IMG/VR virus record: IMGVR_UViG_3300024262_002316
Location: 1,268-65,267 of that record
Source of the DNA: a virus
Taxonomy: Duplodnaviria > Caudoviricetes
DNA: 64,000 nucleotides
Direction: 5' to 3' (one strand)
Part shown: piece by piece, positions 8,729-18,809 of the stretch
Position numbering within the stretch: position 1 is the stretch's first letter
How the letters are laid out: every line of letters starts with the position of its first letter
Translations under genes and position numbers: made by a program
The notes under the pieces: generated by a model
Told to the model about the DNA's origin: nothing
Database searches by the model: none
Seen by the model: only the letters and a program-made list of their open reading frames with translations

Positions 8729-10504
8729 TTAACCTGCATACGAAACTTCTGGATCAGTAGTTGTTATTATGTATGGGTATGTTATTCTAAGTTCTGAGAA
8801 AGACGTTTCTAAAGTTGGAGCCCAACCAGATATTCCTGCTTTTACGCTGTCAACAGTAGAGCTTATATAACTTGAATCCCATCCATATATCCATAGTCCT
8901 AAAACAAGATCTGCGACCATGTTTCCTGCCGTCCAGTGTCCCGGAGGTGATTCGGTCCAATCTCCAGATGGGTGTACTTCTGATTCAACATATTTATATT
9001 GTCTGTCTCCGCCTATTTTAACGGATGTCAATGTTCCACCAAGATGATCTGAATGTCCAGTAAAACCCCCCGCTGTAGCTTCCAATGCCCACATATCAAT
9101 AGGACTAGATGTCGCCTCCGCTCCTCCTCTTGAAGTTGCTCTAAAGCAATCATCAACTTGGTTAAACGATGCATCTGTTACAGTGTCCATATTTGTACTA
9201 GTAAAAGATATAATTTCATCATTTGCTGTAGAGAACCCAGAGCCAGCAGATCCAGATCCAGAGTTTAATGTTCCATCTAATATAAGCTGTGACCCTGGTC
9301 CAAATCTCATTACTCCATTGTCATAGGAAAAAGCATAAGATGGGTTATTTCCAGAGTTAACATCCGTTCCACCTTCGTTGTCTAATGCCAACTGAGCCCA
9401 ACATGCAGTTGGCGACAATTGAAATGTTGAATTTATTGTTCCAGTAACTCCAGTAGTTAAAGATGGCAGAACTTTGTCTCCGTTGGTAGCAAATGGAACT
9501 ATCGCATCTAGAACTGGGTAATCACTATATACAGAAGTATCTATAGTTACAGCCCCGCTAGAAGCAGACCACTTTCCGTCAATAACCATCCATTTACCAA
9601 ATTGTCCTCCTTGAAAGAAAGACCTACCAACAGTGTTGTTATCTAACCAATCATTAACAGTTCCAAAAGCACCACCTCCTCTTGTTGAGGTTGCATAAGT
9701 TGCAGTTGTTTGATCATTATAAAATGTTTCAGTTTGAGGAGGAACCCAAATCAAGCTTTGTAATATCCAAATTGGTGCCATCATCTGTCCATATTGGTGA
9801 TATCCACCATTCTCTGTCACTGGGTCGTTTCCAACCTCTATCTTCTGACTCTGACTACCTTCTATTATTTGCCCATGAACATCTCTTCCGCCTGTAGCAG
9901 TTATGAAGGTATCTAGTCCAGTTGTCCTATTTGTTCCACCTATGTCTATACCAGCAAAAGATGTCATTCCAGATACTTCAGAGACGGTAAATGGCCACAG
10001 TCCGCCTGATGCGCGAGTCAAACAATCTATTGATGCTACTCCAGACCACATAGGAACTTCTACATTATCTCTTATTCTCATTGCGGCAGGAGATCCGGCC
10101 ATCCTCCATCTATAATCAAAAGATCTTCTAAAATAATCTACCATAGTATCTGTATAAGTAGAATTTGTAACTACTCCAGATATTGCTGTTTGAAGATCTC
10201 TAACATATAAGTGAAATGTATTTATAGGACTTAACCCTATTTGTGTCTTCATTTGATTTAAGGTAAAACCACTCATTGAGACAGCGTTGGATTCATCTGG
10301 TCTAAAGTAGCCAGAGAAAATAGTGGCAGCTCCACCTCTCTCAGTTTCAGCAAAGTTGATTCCACTTATACATGCAGCTATGGCTGGGGCAGAGATAGGC
10401 AAGAAATTATCTTGATCTATTGGCTCTAACTCCATAGGTACTGCATTAGATGCTACATAGGCTGTTCTTAATGCTTGCCTGTATGCGTCTGCGCTTATTG
10501 CCAT
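8729..10504 (-). CDS. Putative tail-tip/receptor-binding protein
   Basis: 591 aa, S/G/T-rich, distal tail gene position. Confidence 0.55.
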   Translation of the reverse strand: MAISADAYRQALRTAYVASNAVPMELEPIDQDNFLPISAPAIAACISGINFAETERGGAATIFSGYFRPDESNAVSMSGFTLNQMKTQIGLSPINTFHLYVRDLQTAISGVVTNSTYTDTMVDYFRRSFDYRWRMAGSPAAMRIRDNVEVPMWSGVASIDCLTRASGGLWPFTVSEVSGMTSFAGIDIGGTNRTTGLDTFITATGGRDVHGQIIEGSQSQKIEVGNDPVTENGGYHQYGQMMAPIWILQSLIWVPPQTETFYNDQTTATYATSTRGGGAFGTVNDWLDNNTVGRSFFQGGQFGKWMVIDGKWSASSGAVTIDTSVYSDYPVLDAIVPFATNGDKVLPSLTTGVTGTINSTFQLSPTACWAQLALDNEGGTDVNSGNNPSYAFSYDNGVMRFGPGSQLILDGTLNSGSGSAGSGFSTANDEIISFTSTNMDTVTDASFNQVDDCFRATSRGGAEATSSPIDMWALEATAGGFTGHSDHLGGTLTSVKIGGDRQYKYVESEVHPSGDWTESPPGHWTAGNMVADLVLGLWIYGWDSSYISSTVDSVKAGISGWAPTLETSFSELRITYPYIITTTDPEVSYAG

Positions 10505-10512
10505 ATCTAATC

Positions 10513-13500
10513 CTAACTAGTAGAGAAAGGTAGAGAGGAGAAGGTTGCGCCCATTGACATACATATTAATCTAAATGTAGGAGTAGCAGCTCCCGTGTCT
10601 TCTTTTAGTCTAAAAGCTATTACTGGATCTCCAACCGCAACTGCTCTTGGGTCCATGCTTACAAATCTAACGTTGAAGACTGTTCCATCTATTGTTCCAC
10701 CATCAGTGTACACAGTTTGTCCTATAGAAGAAGTGTAAAGTGATACGGCTCCAGCTAGCCCAGTGTCAGCGGGCGCAGTGCTTACAAAGCCTGCGAAAAC
10801 ACTTGTACCACCTCCAAGGTTGTCAATGAAAAGATCTGAGTCACCATTTCCATCTGGAGTGAAGTCATACTTTCTTATATTAGTTTGACCCCTAGGAGCT
10901 ACAATAGATATCTTAGATCCATTTACTAGTTCTGTATTATTCTGATCTATCAATGGAACATTAGTTAGAACTATAGCAACCCCACTTGTAGATGGAATGG
11001 TCGTGACATCAACTGTAAAGAAATCTGTTCCACTGACCGAAACTGTATTTACATCTGAAGTTATTGTTACAACTTTAGCTTCTGATATATCAACTCCACC
11101 AGTGTAATACTGAACAGAAGATCCGTCTTCCTGCTCTTCGTAGTGATATGTCGCCCTCATGCCTATGTCTAGGAGACCGTCAGTGGCTCTAGCCTCTCTT
11201 GTAGCGGGCGTACCTCCACCAGCCGATAGCGGTCTAGGGTATTCAATGTTGCGATCATCTTTTGAAAGATAATAAGGATCCCCCGTAGCTCTATCAAATA
11301 CCTGAATAACTGTAACTGGAATAGACTTTTTAGCCTTCTCGGAGGCTCCCATCCTTACAGTTCCCTCATCTTCTGGGTTAATAAAATCAGGTAAATTTAG
11401 AGAGTTGTCTCTTATTGCAATTATGTCTTGTTGTATCTTATGAAGGATAAAGCTGAAATCTTCTTCGATTTCATCTAAGACTGGCTTAGCTTTTATTAAC
11501 TGAGGGAAGTGAGGTTTTACACTGTACCTAGTTCTCCAGTAGTCTTGGCCGCCTCTATTTATATTAATAGAGGTAATGCCGTGACTTATCGTTCCATATC
11601 CTTGGCCGTCTTTTGTCTGTTTAGCGAATTCATCAAACGAAATTCCAGGTAATCCTACTTTCTGGACTTCAGCATGTGTAACTGAACTTGTATTTATCTT
11701 TTGGGAAGATAGGTATGCAGTTACATCATCTGTAAGTCTCTCGATACTGTCCTTGTCAGCTCTTGGTTCGAAGTTCCAGGGAGAATATCTCTCGTCGATG
11801 ATAGTCTTTAATCTTTCTCCAGCTCCACTTGTCCAAACAAAAGGATAAGCGTAACCATATCTTCTCTTGGCTTTTATCGGAATAGCTATTCCAACTACAC
11901 CCTCTGTATCTCCACTTGCTGAAATATTGCCAGAAGCACTAAGTTTTTCATAAGGCTCAAGTATATTAATTGGACTTTGGATGTCAGATGTTAGATTCCC
12001 ACTGTAAGCTACTTGTGCCCCACTTGCAGTAACAAACAAACTAGTCAATGTTGTATCAACTTCAATTTGTCTTACAACTCTATTAGGCAATGTTACAGAT
12101 ACTCCCTTTTCATTTCCGTCCCAGTCTATAAGAGGGTCAGTAAATCTACTCCTAGCACTCTTCCACATATCAATCTTAATGGGAATAAACTGATTAGTAG
12201 AGTTCTCATTCCACTTCTCAATTGGTGCAGGAGAAGCCTCTCCTAGATTTCCCCATTGGGTTCCAGACTGGAATACTGCGAATGCTCTAATCTTGTTTGT
12301 TCTGGAGTCATAAAAAGGTGACAACATATTGTACGTTGAGTCTATTTTGTAGCCATCTTCGAACGTTCCAGATGTTTGGTTTTCGAGATTGCACCAAGCT
12401 TGATTGACTACATCGAAGTCATCTATGAACCCATACAAGGTTGAACTAGGACTTAAGATGTAGGTTTTACCATAATGCTGATCTGCGAAAGTTCTAACTC
12501 TGTTGTACCAAGAAACAACCCAAGGTTGGTCTTTGTACCTGTTGGTTATCTGGACTACGTTAACACCTGGAGCATTTGTTTGACTCAAGTCTATGAATCC
12601 AGATACGGGATCCCAACCACTTTGAGTGATTCGGTTTCCTAATCCTTTGTGTGCAGCCCAAATCTCTATGTTTGTTAAAGCTTTTCTAAGCTCAATACTA
12701 GTAGGAGTGTATTCATCTAGTTCACCGTCTGGGCCGAAGTATTTTATAGTTACATCTTCCCAACCGGCATCGAATATTGGTTGACCAACTGTTATACCTA
12801 GATCATACGCCAGGTTGAATGCACCACTTTCGGGGATTAGGGTTCCTGAACCTAGGATTCCCTCCATCCCTGCTCCGAACAACCTAACCTTGTTTGGCTT
12901 GTCGGCTTCGTCGTTTCCGTATTTGAATGAAATTGTCTGAGATGTGTCTCCAGAAAATGGGATTTCTGTTTTAGTAAGAGACACTCCAAACTTTCTATTT
13001 ACAACAGCTACTTTGTTTTCCTTCATGTTCCAGTAAAAATCATAAGAAACGTCTCTTAGTATTCTACCTATGGCAGTAAGGAAATCTGTGGCTATAAATC
13101 TCCAGCGGTATGCGTCAAGATCTCCTGGAAGTTGATTCTCAATTACATCTGGAGTAGGTAGAAGCTCTAGTAGGTTTGAAGTAGTTCCTAGTGTGTTTTC
13201 AAAATAATCAACTGCGTTGTAGATCTGTCTGTAGCTTGCACCATTGTCTCTTATTGATTCAAATTCTTTTACAGCAGTCTGTCTAGCAGAACCAGATGCC
13301 TGAGTCACTACGGTAACTAAGTACCAAAAACATACATCAATTATATTGGTTTCAGGGGTATCATTTCTACCATGAACACCCTGGGTGTCTAAGTAGTAGT
13401 TCTTAAGATCAGTTCTGTGGTCTTCAATAGAAACGCTTATTAGGTTGCCTTTATCACTCTTGGAGTAATCAGCGTGCTTTACTTCTCCTTTTATAAATAA

Positions 13501-13755
13501 CTCACCTACGGAGAATTCAACATCTGTGCCTATGGTTGGAAGTGTTTCTGTTGCAAAGTCGGCAGGTATATATTGTAAGTCAAATCTATGGGCAGACGAA
13601 CCAAATCCAAATGTAGCATTTATACTAGATAGATATGCTTCAACTCCGACTCCCATTACAGCAGACGGAAAAACTACCAATTCATTTTGATACTGAGTTG
13701 ACAGCCCTGATACAGAGACTGTTCCGCTAACCACTAGATAGTCCAAGTCTATCAA
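10513..13755 (-). CDS. Putative tail-tip hub/central fibre protein
   Basis: 1080 aa downstream of the tape measure gene. Hub-like N-terminus (SINATFGFG...SVSIED...YDFYWN...NKVRLFG). Confidence 0.6.
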   Translation of the reverse strand: MIDLDYLVVSGTVSVSGLSTQYQNELVVFPSAVMGVGVEAYLSSINATFGFGSSAHRFDLQYIPADFATETLPTIGTDVEFSVGELFIKGEVKHADYSKSDKGNLISVSIEDHRTDLKNYYLDTQGVHGRNDTPETNIIDVCFWYLVTVVTQASGSARQTAVKEFESIRDNGASYRQIYNAVDYFENTLGTTSNLLELLPTPDVIENQLPGDLDAYRWRFIATDFLTAIGRILRDVSYDFYWNMKENKVAVVNRKFGVSLTKTEIPFSGDTSQTISFKYGNDEADKPNKVRLFGAGMEGILGSGTLIPESGAFNLAYDLGITVGQPIFDAGWEDVTIKYFGPDGELDEYTPTSIELRKALTNIEIWAAHKGLGNRITQSGWDPVSGFIDLSQTNAPGVNVVQITNRYKDQPWVVSWYNRVRTFADQHYGKTYILSPSSTLYGFIDDFDVVNQAWCNLENQTSGTFEDGYKIDSTYNMLSPFYDSRTNKIRAFAVFQSGTQWGNLGEASPAPIEKWNENSTNQFIPIKIDMWKSARSRFTDPLIDWDGNEKGVSVTLPNRVVRQIEVDTTLTSLFVTASGAQVAYSGNLTSDIQSPINILEPYEKLSASGNISASGDTEGVVGIAIPIKAKRRYGYAYPFVWTSGAGERLKTIIDERYSPWNFEPRADKDSIERLTDDVTAYLSSQKINTSSVTHAEVQKVGLPGISFDEFAKQTKDGQGYGTISHGITSININRGGQDYWRTRYSVKPHFPQLIKAKPVLDEIEEDFSFILHKIQQDIIAIRDNSLNLPDFINPEDEGTVRMGASEKAKKSIPVTVIQVFDRATGDPYYLSKDDRNIEYPRPLSAGGGTPATREARATDGLLDIGMRATYHYEEQEDGSSVQYYTGGVDISEAKVVTITSDVNTVSVSGTDFFTVDVTTIPSTSGVAIVLTNVPLIDQNNTELVNGSKISIVAPRGQTNIRKYDFTPDGNGDSDLFIDNLGGGTSVFAGFVSTAPADTGLAGAVSLYTSSIGQTVYTDGGTIDGTVFNVRFVSMDPRAVAVGDPVIAFRLKEDTGAATPTFRLICMSMGATFSSLPFSTS

Positions 13756-13812
13756 TATTTAACATTGAAACCCTTCATTTTGAATTTTATATCCTTATAC
13801 TTGTACCTACCC

Positions 13813-14703
13813 CTAGACATTAAACCCCGTTTCTATTGAATCTGTTAGATAGACTGAACCACTTGGCCCACTATATAGATACGAACAAATTGCAATATAA
13901 TTACCGGGTTGAGCGTAATTTCCAGAAGGATTTACTTTTTGACTACGACCATTGTTTCCAAAGCGCCACCAAAGCAACCCATCAGACGGTGATGATAGTG
14001 ATACTCCGCTAGCTCCGCTACTACTAAAACTAACTGGTAAATAGCTTTCAGAAGTGATTAGCCCAGATTCAGGGGTCGCTGAGCCTGATAGGGCTCCCAA
14101 GTCAGAAGCGGATAGGCCAGAGGCTAGATTTAATCTAAATTTCTCCATATTGACAACACCATCAACGTCTTGTACCCTTGTTGTAATGTTATATATCCCA
14201 CCGTAACTGTAAACATGGGAGGCAGAGAAAACCCCGCTTGTTACGGTTAATCCTCCAGAATAAGAATTTATTCCTTCTGAAAAATCAATTGATGCATTGT
14301 GTATATTTTTTAAACCAGAGTAAGATCCTGAGACTGTAACAATTAGACCTGAGGCACTACTATAATCAAACGAATCCAATTCAGTGGCCCCACTGCCATT
14401 GACTAAGACGGCACCAATGTCTCCAGACGGAATAGGGACTTCTTCCCCCACCCTTATTCTGGCTCCAAAGTCAGTATTGTTAGTTCTTTGTACAGATATA
14501 GAAGAATAAAATTCACCAGATACGGCAAACTCTGCTCCCATAGTTATAAATAAGGGCAACCTATGATCTTGTGCAGTTACACCAGATGAATTAACGACAA
14601 TATCTAATGTCATTAAAGCAGAGGCATTTGAAGTTGTACCAGACCCTATCGCTGACAGATAAGATCCCATCAATCCACTAGCTACTCCTGATACTGTTGC
14701 CAT
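13813..14703 (-). CDS. Virion protein with PKD/Ig-like domains (SG-rich)
   Basis: IDFSEG...SHVYSYGGIYNIT and WRFGN...NPSGNYAQPGNY are PKD-like motifs. Confidence 0.6.
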   Translation of the reverse strand: MATVSGVASGLMGSYLSAIGSGTTSNASALMTLDIVVNSSGVTAQDHRLPLFITMGAEFAVSGEFYSSISVQRTNNTDFGARIRVGEEVPIPSGDIGAVLVNGSGATELDSFDYSSASGLIVTVSGSYSGLKNIHNASIDFSEGINSYSGGLTVTSGVFSASHVYSYGGIYNITTRVQDVDGVVNMEKFRLNLASGLSASDLGALSGSATPESGLITSESYLPVSFSSSGASGVSLSSPSDGLLWWRFGNNGRSQKVNPSGNYAQPGNYIAICSYLYSGPSGSVYLTDSIETGFNV

Positions 14704-15169
14704 CTATAAACTCTTCCCTTGTCTCACCTGTTACAACATCTATTCTATTTTTGTAAATAAAATTATTATCGCAGTCTTTTAACGCTATTACAATAAAATT
14801 CAAATCTCCTGTTTTCAGTGGCTCAGTAGAAGCGACCCACTCTATGTTTCCATCTACTGTTAAATGCTCGCTTAGTATAACTCTATCAAACTCTTCAATA
14901 TTATTATTTAAAAGTCTAACGTCATATAACTCAACAGTAGTTTCTCCGTATTTTACAAAAACCCTAGCTTTATCGTTCTCGACACTAATAACTTCTCCTG
15001 TATAATAATCTGTTCTCATTGGAGTAGTTGCAGTTTTTAATAAAACATATTCTTGGCCTTGAGCTATTAGTTTACTAAATCTAAACTTACCAAAATAACA
15101 TTCAAGATCCAATATTATTTCTTGTTTGTTTCCATGTAAGTCTTCTCTAAATAGTTCTTTATACTGCAT
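14678..15169 (-). CDS. Hypothetical protein
   Basis: 163 aa, low-GC ORF within the tail operon; no SG bias. Confidence 0.55.
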   Translation of the reverse strand: MQYKELFREDLHGNKQEIILDLECYFGKFRFSKLIAQGQEYVLLKTATTPMRTDYYTGEVISVENDKARVFVKYGETTVELYDVRLLNNNIEEFDRVILSEHLTVDGNIEWVASTEPLKTGDLNFIVIALKDCDNNFIYKNRIDVVTGETREEFIDGNSIRSS

Positions 15170-15212
15170 TATTAAACCTTGCTATTCTTGTAAATGATTA
15201 CTATTCCTATGC

Positions 15213-17678
15213 TTATGCAATAAAAGTGTATGAAATTTTCAAATTCCAATTATTACCGAGTCCACCAAGCTGCCCCTTAGTATACGTCCCAGATGGAAGT
15301 GTACTAATGACATAAATATAATCTGATGAACTAGCACTTGAAACTATGCCCGATACTGTTCCAAGTGGTATAGCTGTTCCTTCCGTAGTGGGAAAAGCTG
15401 ACACCCCTACTCCTCCAGACGCCATAGTATGATTTTTTAACCAAGTTCCGCTTGTTTGGTACCATAAATTTATATCTATGCCAGAACCAGTTATATCTGT
15501 TTCGTCAGCAAGCCAAATCTTTGCATCAGTTACTCCTAGGTTTCTCACAACTCCACTTGCGTTATCAAAGTATATGCCAGATGCATCTCCCATTTGGAGT
15601 GTAAGTGCTTGTACTGCTGAAGTTTGATCTCCAGTGGGCTCTATTGAGAAGCGACCAAAATCTAATGCTACCCCAGATTCACCTTGAGCATCGAACCCGC
15701 CTATTAGGTTGCTTTTAGCTTCAGGAAAATATGGAGACGCTGGGTCTTCTATGTGTTTATATCCACTTGGATCATTCTTAGTTAGATCCCAAGACCAGGC
15801 AGTTATTGCTGGCCTAGTTACGGCGAAAGATCCGGTCTGATTAACAGATTCTATCGTCAATAGGTAAGAACCAATAGTTCCACTTTGACTACCACTTGCT
15901 ATGCTAACACCAAGCATATAAGATCCGATGAAGCCTGAACTTGTTCCAGTTGCCCCTGGAGCAAAAAAGTTTCCAGATCCATTATTATATAAATAATCAG
16001 CATGTATATCATTAAGACCACTGTTAAATATTAAGAAGTCTCCCATTGCTCCTGATCCATCTAAGAAATAGTTGTTTGCAGCAACCTTAGCTCCACCGTT
16101 TGTTCCAAGGGTTAGTAACATATTGTGATCTCTAAAACCAGATCCAGTAGTAGTATTAAAAAACTTATTCCAACCATAATTTACATAATGTACTTCCGGC
16201 TGATCGTATGTGGCACTATAGCCAGATCCGTTTACCCAAGCTCTAATACAGCCACGCTCTCTATTTACACTTAATAAATAATGCACCCAGGTATCTTGTA
16301 GATTTGTCATGCCAGAAAACGCAAGACAATCAGACGCAGATGAAACACTTGTAGCACTACTCTCTACCCATTTTAGATTAGTTTGTATTTTATTTTTATT
16401 AGGATCAGCAGAAGTCTCATTTGATTGAGTTATAAACATACCAGTATCAACATCTGAAGTTGCGCCAGATTCAGCTATAGAAAACATTATATGAGAATTA
16501 GTAGTAGTTCCCACTGTGGAACTTGGCCTATACCAAATCGACATTGAAAAATCACCACCAGAATAAGGAGTCGCATTTAAGCCCTCATTTGTCCCAGAAC
16601 TAGCAGTAGTATAAACTTCAAACTCAAAGGCTTGACCATTTGTAGTATTAGCAGCGTCTACTCCAGATAATGACCTAGTGTGAATATTGTCATTAGCTGT
16701 TGTTGAAAAATACCCAGAATTTGCACCTCCAAATATATGTTCCATGTTAGCACCATCTATAGAATCATTAAGTATAGTTCCACTAGTTATAGTGTTTTCA
16801 CTAAACTTCCAATTATGAATGGCTGAATTAAAAATTCCAGATCCACTAACTTGTGGCTTTGCCCCAATTGTTACACCAGATCCATTGTTATATAGTCCCG
16901 AAACTTGTGCGGCAGAAAGTGCTCCAGACCAAATTCCAAATTCACAAACAGCTCCCCCGTTTGAATATAATTCATCTACTATTAGACCTATTGGGTCGGC
17001 GGCAGTTGAAGTGGGAAACCCTGGGTAGTTGTGATTATCAAATGCAGTATTGAGCCCAGATGCAACTAGAACACCATCTTTATACAAATATCCAGAACTA
17101 TTAACAGCATCAACTACACACATTATATTGACCCACTCGTCATATGTTAAAGTCGATCCTACTGTTATTGTGTCAATTGCTGTATTTTCAAAAGTAGAAA
17201 ATCTAAGCGTAGAAGTGTTTGCGCCCTCTAAGTGCCATGTTGCTCTGTTTGCTGTAGCTGCTCCAGCAGCTCCATTGATATCACTTATTTTCATAATAGA
17301 TACTTGTCCAGCACCACTCATAGAAGCAGGTACATTGAACCAACCACCTATAGAAAATGTTCCAGATACTCCACTAGGTACTTTCCAAAAGTCATCTTCT
17401 GCGTGCCACTGCTCAACGTCACCTAGGGTATGCATAAATCCATAAGCTTTTGCACCTGTTTTGCCCCCAGATACCGTTGATACAACTATGTTCTGATTTG
17501 CGACTCCGCTAATTCCAGAAAAGTGACCGGAATCTGCCGTAGTGTCTTGAAATATTATTACATCAGTAGCATTTACTTCATCGTAAATGGAATCACATGC
17601 TTCTGGAGTTGTAGATTCGAATTTCCAATAATGAACTAGTAGTCCACTTACTGTTCCATCCATTCCTGCTAATGCCAT
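15213..17678 (-). CDS. Tail protein with two LamG/concanavalin-like domains
   Basis: Repeated motif pairs HYWKF/HNWKF, FSIGGW/FSMSIW, WVNI/WVHY, YKDG/WVNG and LYNNGSG (twice). Confidence 0.7.
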   Translation of the reverse strand: MALAGMDGTVSGLLVHYWKFESTTPEACDSIYDEVNATDVIIFQDTTADSGHFSGISGVANQNIVVSTVSGGKTGAKAYGFMHTLGDVEQWHAEDDFWKVPSGVSGTFSIGGWFNVPASMSGAGQVSIMKISDINGAAGAATANRATWHLEGANTSTLRFSTFENTAIDTITVGSTLTYDEWVNIMCVVDAVNSSGYLYKDGVLVASGLNTAFDNHNYPGFPTSTAADPIGLIVDELYSNGGAVCEFGIWSGALSAAQVSGLYNNGSGVTIGAKPQVSGSGIFNSAIHNWKFSENTITSGTILNDSIDGANMEHIFGGANSGYFSTTANDNIHTRSLSGVDAANTTNGQAFEFEVYTTASSGTNEGLNATPYSGGDFSMSIWYRPSSTVGTTTNSHIMFSIAESGATSDVDTGMFITQSNETSADPNKNKIQTNLKWVESSATSVSSASDCLAFSGMTNLQDTWVHYLLSVNRERGCIRAWVNGSGYSATYDQPEVHYVNYGWNKFFNTTTGSGFRDHNMLLTLGTNGGAKVAANNYFLDGSGAMGDFLIFNSGLNDIHADYLYNNGSGNFFAPGATGTSSGFIGSYMLGVSIASGSQSGTIGSYLLTIESVNQTGSFAVTRPAITAWSWDLTKNDPSGYKHIEDPASPYFPEAKSNLIGGFDAQGESGVALDFGRFSIEPTGDQTSAVQALTLQMGDASGIYFDNASGVVRNLGVTDAKIWLADETDITGSGIDINLWYQTSGTWLKNHTMASGGVGVSAFPTTEGTAIPLGTVSGIVSSASSSDYIYVISTLPSGTYTKGQLGGLGNNWNLKISYTFIA

Positions 17679-17688
17679 TTAATTCACC

Positions 17689-18246
17689 TTAATATCTAAG
17701 CCCTGAGCCATTGTGAGCCCTGTAGGAGAAGGCAAGAGAGTAGCCGCTCCCAACTCCTCCAAACGTCCCTAGTGTTTCATCTGCTCCAGTTTGAAACTGA
17801 CAGTACAAATATTGTGAAACATCTCCGTCAGTTGAGCCAAAGAAATAAGGGCTTCCATTGCCCGCTCTGATAACCTCTTGTGGGATTACTGCACTGGATG
17901 TTAGATAGGTGCCCCATTCTTCTGGGAATGTTCTAAATGGGAACCAAGTTGGGGAGATATCAAATAGCATTTTATGAGTAGTAGTTAGGAAGTCTGTGCT
18001 TACTAATCTTACTGACACCTCATCAAAAGTATCTGTTGCCACTGTTCCAGAGAAATCAACTGTAAAAACTTTTAACTGTGAGTTCTCAATTCCATCTGTT
18101 CTGAATACATCACCCAAATCTACTACTCCACTAGCAGTAGTTCCTGATGCTCTGATAGCTACAAAAGAAGGTGCCGATATTAGGTGTCTGGATCCAGCCG
18201 GATCACCTGATGCAACGTTCCACTCTCTAACGAAAAAAGTAGCCAT
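17689..18246 (-). CDS. Tail-associated structural protein (paralog of 18256..18798)
   Basis: Shares PxGSRHL, [LF]GxV and YLY/YIY motifs with its neighbours. Confidence 0.55.
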   Translation of the reverse strand: MATFFVREWNVASGDPAGSRHLISAPSFVAIRASGTTASGVVDLGDVFRTDGIENSQLKVFTVDFSGTVATDTFDEVSVRLVSTDFLTTTHKMLFDISPTWFPFRTFPEEWGTYLTSSAVIPQEVIRAGNGSPYFFGSTDGDVSQYLYCQFQTGADETLGTFGGVGSGYSLAFSYRAHNGSGLRY

Positions 18247-18255
18247 TATTTATCC

Positions 18256-18798
18256 TTAAACAAAATTGAATGTTAATCTATACCTTATAGACCCATCGGA
18301 ACCACCAAAAATTCCATTATCAACATCTGTATCTATTGTCATACTTAAGTAAATGTATTCTAAAGCTTCTGAGTCAGAAGCTGCTCCTGAAACTGTGGCA
18401 AAACCATCTTGTCTATATACGTTTTGCGAAGCGGGTAGACTAGTTGAGGAAAAAAGCCCCGACGAGTCTGTTAAACTTATACCAGACACAAAAGAGCCTG
18501 ACACTGCTTGATTGAAAAAATAACTTCCGCCTGAGATGGCATTCTGTATTGGTAGCCAAAACCTAAAGTCAGTTAGAGTACTGGCGTCATTCATTGCAGA
18601 TACAAAAGGAACAACTGTATATGTAGTACTGGAAACCTTAGTGTCTGTATTATTAACTGTTCCAAACTCTAGTACTCCAGTAGCACTAGCATCGAGTTTT
18701 TTAATCCAACCAGACCCAGATTCTAGGTGTCTAGATCCAGAGGGGGAGCCCGATGTGGTAAAGAACTGATTAAATAATATAGTAGGTGGAGTAGCCAT
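18256..18798 (-). CDS. Tail-associated structural protein
   Basis: SG-rich, tail operon, paralogous to 17689..18246. Confidence 0.55.
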   Translation of the reverse strand: MATPPTILFNQFFTTSGSPSGSRHLESGSGWIKKLDASATGVLEFGTVNNTDTKVSSTTYTVVPFVSAMNDASTLTDFRFWLPIQNAISGGSYFFNQAVSGSFVSGISLTDSSGLFSSTSLPASQNVYRQDGFATVSGAASDSEALEYIYLSMTIDTDVDNGIFGGSDGSIRYRLTFNFV

Positions 18799-18809
18799 TT
18801 AAATCCTCA

